A DNA stretch of 62,156 nt, counting the filler, from Dugesia japonica (lineage: Eukaryota): assembly GCA_001938525.1 (NCBI GenBank). It is 6 parts of 6 records of this genome, joined end to end, with 100 filler letters (N's around TTAATTAATTAA, not from the genome) between each part and the next. Parts side by side here need not be neighbours in the genome. Positions count along the whole stretch, not along the records: positions 10,980 to 26,036 come from MQRL01631562.1; positions 26,137 to 35,008 come from MQRL01592307.1; positions 35,109 to 43,709 come from MQRL01424968.1; 3 more parts are not named here. One strand, given 5' to 3'. The position numbers and the translations under genes are program-made. The notes under the pieces are model-generated. The model was not told the origin of the DNA and did no database searches. It worked only from the letters and a program-made list of their open reading frames with translations. Positions 24,111 through 35,881 of this stretch are shown here, piece by piece; within the stretch, counting starts at the first letter, position 1, and each line of letters begins with the position of its first letter.

Positions 24111-24959
24111 TGCATAATATTTATTTAATAGTATAATTTAATAACATTTACTGCAATATTAATAAATTCAGATTTTAGACATTATAATTTAATTGTTGTT
24201 AATACTTTTTATTAATAATAATAATCCTAACTAAAATTATTATAAAATAATATTTCTCGTTTACTATTCTTTCCATTGTACTATAATAATTTTATTTTTG
24301 ATAATAAGGATATGCAATTTAATAAATAATTATTTGTTCAAGTCTACATAATAATAATATTTATTATATTATATTTCTACATGTATATCAGTGATAAAAA
24401 TATAAATAATAATTTACATTATCCATTCAGTTCCGGTCCAGTTTTTATTTTCAGCTATTGTTTTAATTGTCGTTTTTCGAATTTTATCCTTTTCTTTCTT
24501 TTTCTCGGTTATTTTTCATTTTAGTTTTTTAATATTCTGTTATTTTATAATTTATTTCTTGTTTTAATTTGCAGGATTTTATTTCGGTTTTACTCTTTAT
24601 TCGTTTCGATTTATGGGCCTTTTATTATGTTTTGTTCATTTATTTTCTAAGTGGTATTCATTATGTAGTTTAATCTGAAATATTTCTTCGAGCATTTAAT
24701 TTGTAATTAATGTTTCTCTAAGCACTATTTTTATTTAATTTTCTCTTTACATATAATTTGATTCTTTTATTTTTTTTCAATCGTTTCTTTGAGCTAGATT
24801 TTATTATTATCTATAATTTTCTTTGGAGCATTCGTTAATTTTTTCATTTGATTTTGGTATTTATCTCTTGATCATTTATTAGTTTGTTTCTTCTTTAATT
24901 CTTTTATTTAATTCATTATCTTTTTTTTTTGATTAAATATATTGGAATTTCTTCTAGGC

Positions 24960-25145
24960 AGCTCAGTTTTAAGTTATATCTAGGGTGACGTGACCTAGGG
25001 AAAACCCGTGAAGAATTTAATCTAGTATCTCCCTTCTAGATTTTCATAATGGAGCCGGTTACTCGTAATCCCTAGTTTGAGTGCATGCTCGCATTTTTTT
25101 GGTTCAGTTTCACACTTCAATACTACTCGCTCTGGTTCCACAGAC
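24960..25145. repeat. Fragment of the dispersed long TG..CA repeat family
   Basis: TCTAGGGTGACGTGACCTAGGGAAAACCC...GATTTTCATAATGGAGCCGGTTACTCGTAA matches 56536-56632. Confidence 0.6.
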
Positions 25146-26036
25146 AACATCGTGAGCTTACTGATTAGAGTGGCTGTTATTGAATGAAGTGTAAACTAGT
25201 ATCTTGTTACAACTATTATTATCGTTGGTATTACATTTCAAAAGAAACGCGAGATGTATAATCGTTAGTCAATCCTCAAGATTTTTCATAGATTTTTAAT
25301 GATGCGAATCTGATAAATAATCAAGTTTTTAGTTTGAAATTCATTATTATTCTTATTATTATTCTTATTGCCACATTTATTATCTGGGATAAGCACTAAG
25401 GTTCATATTAAGTTATACTCATCATGTTTCTTATCCAGTAACATTAATATTACCAGTATCCTTATCTTATTACCAATTATTGTACGTGGTTGTCGCCATT
25501 AATCATTATCATTACTGCCAATCGTTAAATCTTATTGTCATTAAACCCATTCATTAATTATTCATTTGTTATCATTATGTTTAATAGTTGTCATCATTAT
25601 CGCTATTATTATCATTGTTACCCTTACGATCATTATTGTTACGATTATAATCATTGTCATTATTATTATTAATATTATATTTTATTATAATCACTATATT
25701 ATCATTATTATATTGATAATTATTATTATCAATATTAAAGCAAACAAAGTCAGAAATGATTACGAGTAACTGTTTACTAATAATTATTCAAAAAGGCTTT
25801 ATTTTAATTATTTTATTGTTATTATCGTTGCCCTTGATTGAATTGTATATAAGATTTTTTTAAATCATTATTAATTGATATTACTACAAATATTCATCAT
25901 TACTATGATTTTTAACCAATCATTTTATCTATTATTTAATATAAATAAATATTAATTAAATATTTAATCCAAAATATAATTTTTACTAATCATTAGTATT
26001 AAGTAAAGAAAATTTATTTAATGAAAATTATATTAT

Positions 26037-26136
26037 NNNNNNNNNNNNNNNNNNNNNNNNNNNNNNNNNNNNNNNNNNNNTTAATTAATTAANNNNNNNN
26101 NNNNNNNNNNNNNNNNNNNNNNNNNNNNNNNNNNNN
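26037..26136. other. Artificial scaffold-joining spacer
   Basis: N run + TTAATTAATTAA (26081-26092) + N run. Confidence 0.95.
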
Positions 26137-28739
26137 GCGCGGTTTCGGTTTGCGCGTTGTTTTTGTGGAACGTATCTACCGCGCAGTTGGAGGGTTTACT
26201 GTATTTGAAAAAGAAATTCAAATTAAAAAAAACGGAACAGTATTGGTGAAAACAATGCTATGTATTCTTGAAATAATTGAAATAAAGTAAGAGTTATTGT
26301 TTAATTTATTGTTTAATTTATTAATTTTATTCAGAAATTTTGTAATGTAAAAATGAAAATAATAAATATATTTGATAAAAATCGGAGCAAGAGGTTGAAA
26401 TCGGGTGAAGTTATCGTATTTAATCATCTTATTTCAGTAAACAATGCCTTAATCGTCAATACTCATACCACAAATCTATGTGAAGAACACTAGATAACAG
26501 TTTACAAAAAACGAAGTAACATTACATATGAAATATTTATTTGCATGTATTTGTATTTTAAGAAATATATATTTTATTGTCAATCAATCTTGTTCATTTT
26601 TTCTTTTTAATAATACAAAGAAACAAAAGTACTCTATTTAAATAAACTTGTTATTATTTATTAAATATTGTGAACATGTCATGAACATAGATTTAACATG
26701 ACACTAGCATGCATTTACATTACTTCATCATATTTCATGGTTATTATGTAAATAAAACCTATAATACACGGTTACCATGTAAATAATACACTCATAAACC
26801 ACCTGTAATTAAAAATCTATTTACTTATAAGTTTTTTTATATAAATAATGCAAGAAAGAAACAAAATGATTATTCAAATCTATTTATTAAACAACAAAAT
26901 AATAATTACATTAATTCCGACCAAACAAAAAAAATATCACAAAGATGCCAATAAAGTTACAGCAATAAATTAAATCGTCTTTATGATCCTTAACTCTTCC
27001 TTAATTTTGTCCATGAATATTGATCGGACAATAAGTTAAACATACACATGTTTTCTCAATAGACCCTTGTCGATATAAAAAACTTATAAGAAATGATTTT
27101 TATGAGTGTATAGGGTTTATGAGTATATTATTTGTATTATTTACATAGCAACTGTGTAATATATTGCTTATGAGAGTAATATTTATATAGTAACCCTATA
27201 TTTCAGAGTTTATAAGTATATATAACGTGTAATAAGAGGTCGGAAAAATAGTATCGCTAATGAGATTTTTCATTAAAAATTGCATTGCTAATGAGATATT
27301 TTATAGAAAATTGTCACTAGTAATGTTTTTTAAAGAAAATTGTCACTAGTGATATGTTTTATATAGAAAAATTACATGACTAATATGTTATTTTAAAGAA
27401 AATTAACTAGTTAATATATTTTTAAGAAAAAAGTTCTATGTTTTTATCATCTTGTAAAGAAAAATTTTATTATATAAATATCGCAAAGACTCCCCTCTTT
27501 GAAGTTTTTTAATAGATATGTTTTATCATGTAAATATCGCAAAGACTCTCCTCTTTGGTTATTTTTAATTCACTGAAAATCATGTGCCTCAGGATTTTTA
27601 TTAATAAATGCAATAGCTATGCAACTCAGATGCCACAAAAATGCTACACACATACACTGAAAATCATGCGCCTGAGAAATTATAATAAATTTCCTACCAA
27701 AAAGAAATTTTTAAAACTCAACATAGCCGCCATTTCGATTTTTTAAAACTCAACAAAGCCATCATTTTGAATTTTATTGATTTTTTCAACTTAGATGCAA
27801 TTCAGATGAAACACATATACACTAAAAATCACATGCCTATGAATTTTAGACCGCTCATCTCATGAAAAATTTAGAGAATCCCCACATTTCATGCAAAATA
27901 TAGAAATTCCCCCCCTCTCATACAAAATATAAAGTCTGCCTAAAAAAAATTTAATTTCCCATGCAAAAAAAATATTTTTTTGAATTTTCCGACATAAAAA
28001 TTTTTGAATTTCCCGCCAAACAAATTTTTTGAATTTCCCGCCAAAAAATTTTTTAAAATTTCTTTTATAGACCAAATTTTTGTCCAACAACCACCAAATC
28101 TTAAAAACTTCAAAAAAAATATTTCCAAGATCTACAGCTCTCCCTCGAGTCCAAATTCACTCTTTCACACACATAGACACAAAAACTCAACTTGGCCTAC
28201 TTTTTAAATACTCCCCTATCAACCCAAACCCACACAAAATTTAAAAATTATAAATACACACACACTTTCAGGATCAAAAAAACTGATCCGATCAAAAAAA
28301 AATTTGATCCCAAAAATCTTAGAGAAAAAACTAGCCAAAAAATCATAGCACAATCGTAATGTGTTTCCGAGCCCCCTAAATTGTGCTATTACGCAATTGT
28401 TCCCAAGAGCCACTATCCCCCTACTCATATTGGTGATAAAACTTTTACTATTCGCTTTCAAATCTTTAAAAATGATGATTCCGTTGAACAAATAAATAGT
28501 AAATATTATTATACGATTGTAACTAAACATTTTTTAATTTGAAACTAATTTGTATATAAAGGATTTAAAACAACTAAATGATTATATTAAGAAAACCCTT
28601 TCAAAATTATTTAAATCGTTTTCATTAAAGCAAAACTAACTATTTAAATTTCCATTGTCAAATAAAACTAAAAGCGTTAAATGCGATAAAATCTTAACAA
28701 AATCATTAAGAATAAAATAATCGCAATATTCTCGATTAC

Positions 28740-29052
28740 ATGCTGATGATGAACAACTACAGTATGAAAGTAACAAGAAACCTAGAATATTTAAGTGTTA
28801 TAATGAAATATTCATCTATTGTAGTTTTGTTGAACCTATAATTGTAGGAGATGTTAATATTCCTCTATTGAAAGCAGTATGGATAGAAAAACATGAGGAT
28901 GATAGTTGTTGATCATCCAATGTATTTACCTATGTCTTCATCATATTTAAACAATATAGAAATCAATATACGCGATGATAGTCAATTTTGCAGAAGACTC
29001 AAAAACACATTTAACATTATATTTTAGAAAAATAATTAATAATGAACCCTGA
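28740..29052 (+). pseudogene. Polinton/Maverick minor capsid (penton, PX) C-terminal pseudogene
   Basis: IFIYCSFVEPIIVGDVNIPLLKAV, then a frameshift, then HPMYLPMSSSYLNNIEINIRDDS..THLTLYFRK. This resembles the YCDxVExQxVGDxxxPLLR / PxYxP / IEIxIRD / LHFR signature of Polinton/adintovirus pentons. Confidence 0.75.
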
Positions 29053-29825
29053 TATTATATCATTGTATATTACTAGTAAAGCTGGAGAATGGTAAAGATA
29101 TGGTTGATACTCATGATGCAGTCCCTAGTAACTATACGTTGAATAAAATTTTAAGCAACACACATTAGCACAAAAATCACGTGCCTGTGAATTTTTTTAT
29201 AAAACGTTCCACTATAATGAATTTTTTTTTAAAAAGTTCCAACGTAATGAATTATTTTTATAACAAGTTCCACGCTAATGATTTCTTTTTATAAAAGGTT
29301 CTACAATTTATGAATTTTTGAAAATATACAAAAAATTCTTTTTTGAATACTTTATCATGTTAATATACATGAACTCAACACACATTCAAACCATTAAAAT
29401 ATACTAAAAATATATATTTTGCAATAGGGATGCAACTCAGATGCAACACATGAGCAACATACATCATCTAAAATCACATTTCAAATAAATTTTAATAACA
29501 TGTCTAATATTTTTTATCTTATAAAACCATTAANAACATGCTTGAAACTCATTTTTGCATGCAACGCACAAAATCAAGTGCTTCGAAATTTTTTAACTAC
29601 TCAAACCATAAAATATAACAATAATCCATGGTAACTATGTAAAATATAAACAGTAACTATGTAAATTAGCACATGGTATATATGTAAATTAATACATGGT
29701 AACTAATAATAAATTAACTTTTAAAAATTTATATTCATATTACCATAATTATAATAATTGGAATTATGATAATATGAAATTAAACAATCAATAAATATAT
29801 TAATTGACTAATTTCATATTACCAT

Positions 29826-32584
29826 TGTAATTGTTTTATTTTTTTATTTTAAAAAGAAAATGTCCCAACATTGAGACATGGGACGCTGCCGGGTTCAACA
29901 GACTTCTCTCTACAATTAAAATCAAACAAAATATAAAATAATAATAAAGAATTAAGAAAATAAATTAAATTATAAAAGATTATAAAATAAAAAATCCTAG
30001 GTATAACTATATAACTTTTACAAATTGGTGTCAAAAGAAAAAAATGTTTTATAATAAAACTTCAAATTGAAAACGTTTAAAATCAGTACAACTGTTCTTC
30101 AATAATTGTGCTTTCATAATAACTATTATAGAGTTATAAAGTATCAAAGACTCTTTTGGCTGAACACAGTAAGCAATATCCTCCAACTTTCTCATTTTAT
30201 TTCAAATATAAAACATAATTAAGTTTGCATTAAAAAAAGAATAAACAAAAACCCTAAACTCTTAGATAACGGAAATGAATTCAGTAAATAATTAAAATGA
30301 AGAGCTGGATATAAATTCAGTTTTAAATCGGAAAATAAGCATCACTGATTACTTTAACGACGAAAATGGTACACGCAAAAGTGGCTTCATTTTGTGAAGT
30401 TAACATTAACCTTATCTGGGATCAAAGCTTCCGAATCATTGTGCTCCCACACACTCTCTGCCCTTCCAAAGCAACGTCCTGAATGAAATTGCAGACCAAA
30501 TCGGTTCACGCGCAAAAGACGAAGAACCATTCGAAAAACTATATAACATTTTGTCAACAAAAACAAAATTAATAGACGGCAAATGCTAGAAGCTTGTCTC
30601 AACAATACCCAACTAGAGAATAATAAACCAAGTGACTTTCTGAGGCAGCTCAAACAACACTTGGAATATCTACAACCAAACATTACAAACTCTGGCTCAA
30701 CCGAGTTATTAAAAGAGTTTTTCATGCGAAGGATGACCCCTGAAATAAGAAAAATCCCTGCAGCCAGCAACACAGAAAATTTAGAAACGCTGGCAGAAAT
30801 TGCTGATAAGATAAACAGTGAAATATTCCCAACTATCAGCAGCACAAAGAAATACAATAATTATCAGAAATTTTCATCTGATAACAAAAATAATCAAAAC
30901 AGTAAAACAGAATTACTGATAAAATCCCTGATGTCCAAAATGGACGATTTAGTTTCAGAAAACAAAAAGATCATGGAAGAACTAAATGAAATAAGAAATT
31001 CTCGAACACGAGAACGTAATTACAGCCCTAACAGAAACTACGACGATAGTACACATTCTAGGACTTTCTAGCAAAATTGATCTCATTCAAGGAATTGGGA
31101 TCACACACGATTTTGTAACAAATATGAAAATAAAAGCACAAACCTGTGTTATTTTCACAACAAATTTGGCGAAAAAGCATACAAATGCACCAAACCGTGC
31201 ACTTATAATCCCAACTAGGGAAACTAAACATTTCACCAGTAGTAAAACCTACATTCGGTGACAATAATCATACTTTTACGGTGCACTTAAATAAGTACAA
31301 ATGGTGATAAACAAGTAAAAATCACCATCAACAATAAAGTCTACAAATGGACGTTCACAATTTCTGAAGTCCAACAAGCAATTATCGGGTAAGACTTTCT
31401 AAGAGCACGTAAACTATTAGTGGAGTGTTGGAACAAACAAATTCTAGAAAATAAACACTTCTACCCAAATATTAATCACAACAATAAGTACTCAACAAAT
31501 CAAAACAAAATTGATATAGGAGTAATAAACACAGCTGTAACAAAAACGTTCAACATGAACACAAAAATTCCTAACAAAATTAATAATCTCCTTAAAAAAA
31601 ATACAAAATTATAACCGAAGAAATAGAAATAGCAGGAAATTCCTCAAACACCACAGAGAGTTAAATCATAACTAATGTTAACTTTGTGCCCTCAATTGCC
31701 AATGACAAAGCATGGCTCGGAAAATTCCCACAAATGCTAATAAGGTTACAAAACAACCCAAACAAAACAAACAATCAAAGCCTAAAACAAATGACATGGA
31801 GAAAACAAACAGCTATCTCGAACTTAAAAGAAAACGAAGTAAAAAACACAGAAAAAAGCAGAAAACAATGGAAACAGAACCAAACCAATGGAAATAAAGA
31901 GTATCCTAAAGAGAAAAAAACCGAAAACTCAAAATAAAATTATACTAACGACAAACTATGCATTAGCAAAAAAATCCCATCAGAAATAACTTTGAAGCAA
32001 AATATACAGACCCATATAAATTAATCAAGGTCGACAAAAATGTCGTAACACTAATCACCTATGGAAAAGAAGTAAAAATAAACATCGACAAAACCAAACC
32101 ATATCATGGTAAAAAGGAAAACAAGCATGTTCTTCAGGACTCAAAATGAAATAAAATCTTTCACAAAAAACACATAATTGGCTAAAACAAAATATTTCAC
32201 ACAAATGCCAAGTTTAGAGAACAGAAATCAAAACATAACAAACCCAAACTACTAATGGTATTCATACAATAAAAATAACTCATGATGTCTCAGTGTGTTT
32301 ATGCTGTTACATTTATTTTTATGAAAGTTTTCACGTATGTCACATAATACACAACCAAATAAAATTCTTCACTAAAAAACACGCAGTTGATATAAACAAA
32401 TAACACAAAATAAAAATTAAAAAATTATAATGTAAATATTTTGAAACAATATTGCGATGTAAATATTATCATGTACATTTGAATGCGTTTCGTTCCTTTT
32501 ATTACTGTTGTATAAACCTCCGGTCTTAAAGAGAAAAGTTTTATGTATGAAATTGTTTTATTTTTTATTTTAAAAAGAAAATGT
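29826..32584 (+). mobile_element. Internally deleted Ty3/Gypsy LTR retrotransposon
   Basis: 5' LTR ~29826-30022 and PBS-like TGGTGTCAAAAG at 30026. Gag includes KPSDFLRQLK, LETLAEIADKI and CYFHNKFGEKAYKCTKPC. Protease remnant AIIG*DFL; integrase tail KYTDPYKLIK..INIDKTKPY. A purine tract precedes the partial 3' LTR starting ~32544. No RT or RNase H seen. Confidence 0.8.
30583..31071 (+). pseudogene. Gypsy gag ORF fragment
   Basis: 162-aa ORF with a KPSxxLR capsid-region motif; the Cys/His box follows in another frame. Confidence 0.7.
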
Positions 32585-33329
32585 GTGTATATACATACAT
32601 ACATTTATATGATTGTGTTTATAATTATAATAAATAATTATACGAAGTAAATGCGAATATTGATTGCAGAATTTAAAATAAAACAATAAAATTTAAATGC
32701 AAATTCTTGGTAACCGCCAAATGTGAGAAATAATAAAAAATTGGAGATGGAAGCACTGCTACTGAAGATGCACATACCGTAAATCGAGCTTAGCTTTGTT
32801 AGAACTACGCAAGCTGGTCGATAAGTCTAATAATGAATGGACCTTAATAGATTCGTTCTGTTGGACTGCTGTATGGCGGAGGAGGTAATGTAATGGTATG
32901 TTAGAAAGAAATCAAGACTGTTACTGAAACAATGCATGAAAATAATTAATAATTTAGACTAATAAACTTATAAAAAAAATTTTAAAANACTTTAAATTTC
33001 GCACCAAAAAAAATAAGATTAAAAGAAAAAATTTGTAAATTTCCAGCCGAAAAAATTTTAATTTTCCAGCAAATTATTTGAAAATTAAAACAAAACTATA
33101 TCTTTCCGCAACCAATCACCATCCAACCAATGAAATCAAACACAAATTTAAACACAGCCCCCTCCCAAGGGGTCTCGATAACTAATAACTCTGTGCTATA
33201 GTTTGTGCAATGAGTTATCGTGGAAAATTTATAAAAGATAGAAAAAAATTCAAAAGAACAAAGAAAAGAGAAAAGTAAAGAAAACAATAGAAAAGAGAAA
33301 AGAAAAAAAAGAAAAAACCTAACTATCAA

Positions 33330-33737
33330 AAAATCTGATCCAATAAAAAATCTGATCTGATCAGAAATCTGATCTAATCAGAAATGTGATCCGATTAAGA
33401 AATCTGATCCGATCAAAACATTCTTTAATTCAAGATGGCTAGTAACTTATACAGCTGATGTGAGCGCACAAACATAGTGATCCTTGCTAAAAAAATTAAT
33501 ATTTTGCTTAAATCAATCACGAAAATAACAAAAAAATTTAAATCTTCAGGCAAAATATTTACATATTAAAACAAAACTACATCTCCCGCAAACAATCAAA
33601 AACCGACCAATCAAATCAAACACAAATTCAAACACTAAATCAAACTCAAATTCAAACAAATATTCAAACACACACCCCCCAAGGTGGAGGAGGTGCACGC
33701 TAACTCATCTGTGTTTGTGCGCTCACATCTACCTACT
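33330..33737. repeat. Maverick-like right terminus with 17-bp subterminal tandem repeats
   Basis: AAATCTGATCCGATCA-like unit x5 at 33330-33416. Ends ...GCGCTCACATCTACCTACT at 33737. Inverted internal copy GATGTGAGCGCACAAACA at ~33456. Confidence 0.5.
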
Positions 33738-34464
33738 CATTTTCTCGTTTTATAGTTAAATTTAATTAAAGTTTAATTTATAATATGAATTTTTTGTTAA
33801 GACTGATTCATTGAAATAACTTATAAGCATTTATTGAAAATAATCCATATATTTCATTAAATAAATTAAGTATGGCTAATTGATTAATTTTCAATGTGTA
33901 ATTTCATTAAAACTGTGCTTTTGTTGGTAAATTGAATTCAGTTTTGAATAAATTTTTAAAGGTAATGTTGAAAATATATTAGATTTCATGTATATATTGT
34001 TATGGCTAAATTAAAATTATAATCTCAAATTTAAAAAGTATTGAAATAATTTGTAACTATTTATTGAAAATATTGCAAATACTATTGATTGATTAAATTA
34101 ANNNNNNNNNNNNNNNNNNNNNNNNNNNNNNNNNNNNNNNNNNNNNNNNNNNNNNNNNNNNNNNNNNNNNNNNNNNNNNNNNNNNNNNNNNNNNNNNNNN
34201 NNNNNNNNNNNNNNNNNNNNNNNNNNNNNNNNNNNNNNNNNNNTACTAATTTATAAAATTTAAACTTTTACAATTATAAAGATGAAAAACCTTTACAATT
34301 TATGGTTTCCCATTCAGTAAATACTAAAATAAATAAGGATCAATTTTTTTTCAATTAGGATATTTCAATTTTTAAAGTTGAATTTATAATATTATATATA
34401 CCTTGGTTCTAGATTTTACTTTGGTTGAATATAGTTTCTGTTGAATTATAGTTTTNTGTTGAAT

Positions 34465-35008
34465 ATAGTTTTTAAGCACTTAATTAAAATATTTAAATAA
34501 ATAAATTAATTGATTTGAAAGGCTAATGATAGGTTAATGAATTATTGGTTAGAACATTTATGATTGAATAAAATGTATGTTACAAGTCTTTGATTAATAG
34601 GTGAATAAATACAATAGAAATCTAATTTTAAAAGAATTTTCTATATTACGAGTTTTAGTAAATTTGATTCTTCTCACTCTTGTCCTTACTTATCATTTTT
34701 CTAACTTAAAGCAAAGAAACTTACTGAGAATGAAGCGAAACCTAATTTGAATAAGAAATAATTGAAAAAGTAAAATTTTTTTGTCCTTGTGTTGGCCTAA
34801 GTGTTGAAAATATCAATAAATCCTAATGTAGTGTATCGAATATATTTAATTTAATATCCTATAATCAATGATAAAACCAATATTTTGTTTTTAAAACCCG
34901 TATTTTCATGATAAATTTTCTGTTTTTCATTAAATCTATATTTTCATGATAAAACCATTATTTCCAAGATAAATCTGATGTTTTTAATGATGAAACCATA
35001 ACTTTATC
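34465..35008 (+). repeat. Second copy of internal sequence of the 11005-20728 element
   Basis: AAATAAATAAATTAATTGATTTGAAAG.CTAAT matches ~17975-18010; CTTAAA.CAAAGAAAC.TACT.AGAA matches ~19021. Confidence 0.65.
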
Positions 35009-35108
35009 NNNNNNNNNNNNNNNNNNNNNNNNNNNNNNNNNNNNNNNNNNNNTTAATTAATTAANNNNNNNNNNNNNNNNNNNNNNNNNNNNNNNNNNNN
35101 NNNNNNNN
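35009..35108. other. Artificial scaffold-joining spacer
   Basis: N run + TTAATTAATTAA (35053-35064) + N run. Confidence 0.95.
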
Positions 35109-35179
<71 letters not shown>

Positions 35180-35275
35180 TAACAACAACAATAATAATAA
35201 TAAGAACAATAATAATCATAATCAATAGTAGTAATCCATAATAATCAATAACAATAATCTATAATAATAATAATA
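35109..35275. repeat. (AAT)n microsatellite
   Basis: Direct reading. Confidence 0.95.
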
Positions 35276-35881
35276 AAAAATTCTGTAAAAGTAATTAATG
35301 GGTTTATTTTATTTCTTCATCAATATATTTTTAGATATTCTCACAATGTGTACTAGACTAAAATTGTCTGTTAATCAGGATGTTCGATTAACCTGATCAC
35401 TTGTAAATTGATAGATATTAAATCAAACAAAATTGTTAATTTAAAACAATTTTTATTTGAATTTGAATTTTATTTCTTTATAAATAAAATTGATTTTCAA
35501 TATAAGAATTTGTAGATATTTTAATGGATTTGATTTTTAATTTCTATTTCTCTTAATATCATTTTAAATATACATCTGCATAATTATTTTTTATGCACTT
35601 GTTATGCTCTTCAAATAATAATTGATTGTTTAGAAAAATTATATCACATCAAAATGCTAAAATATTATAATAGATGGAGAGTTTGAAAATTTGTAAATTT
35701 TGTGGCATACACAAGAAACAAATTATTATTTGATTTCATAAAAGAAAATATAGTTTTCGTTATCGATAAAAGTTTAAAAAAAATTATTTTTTTAAAATTA
35801 ATTTTGTATATTTTTGTAGCACTATATGTTGATATATGTTATTGTTATTTAGTAAAGTAGGATTATTAATTTATTTTTTAG

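Noticed and set aside
25566-25769. Hydrophobic Ile-rich ORF resembling a membrane protein
   Set aside because: Translation of ATT/ATC low-complexity sequence.
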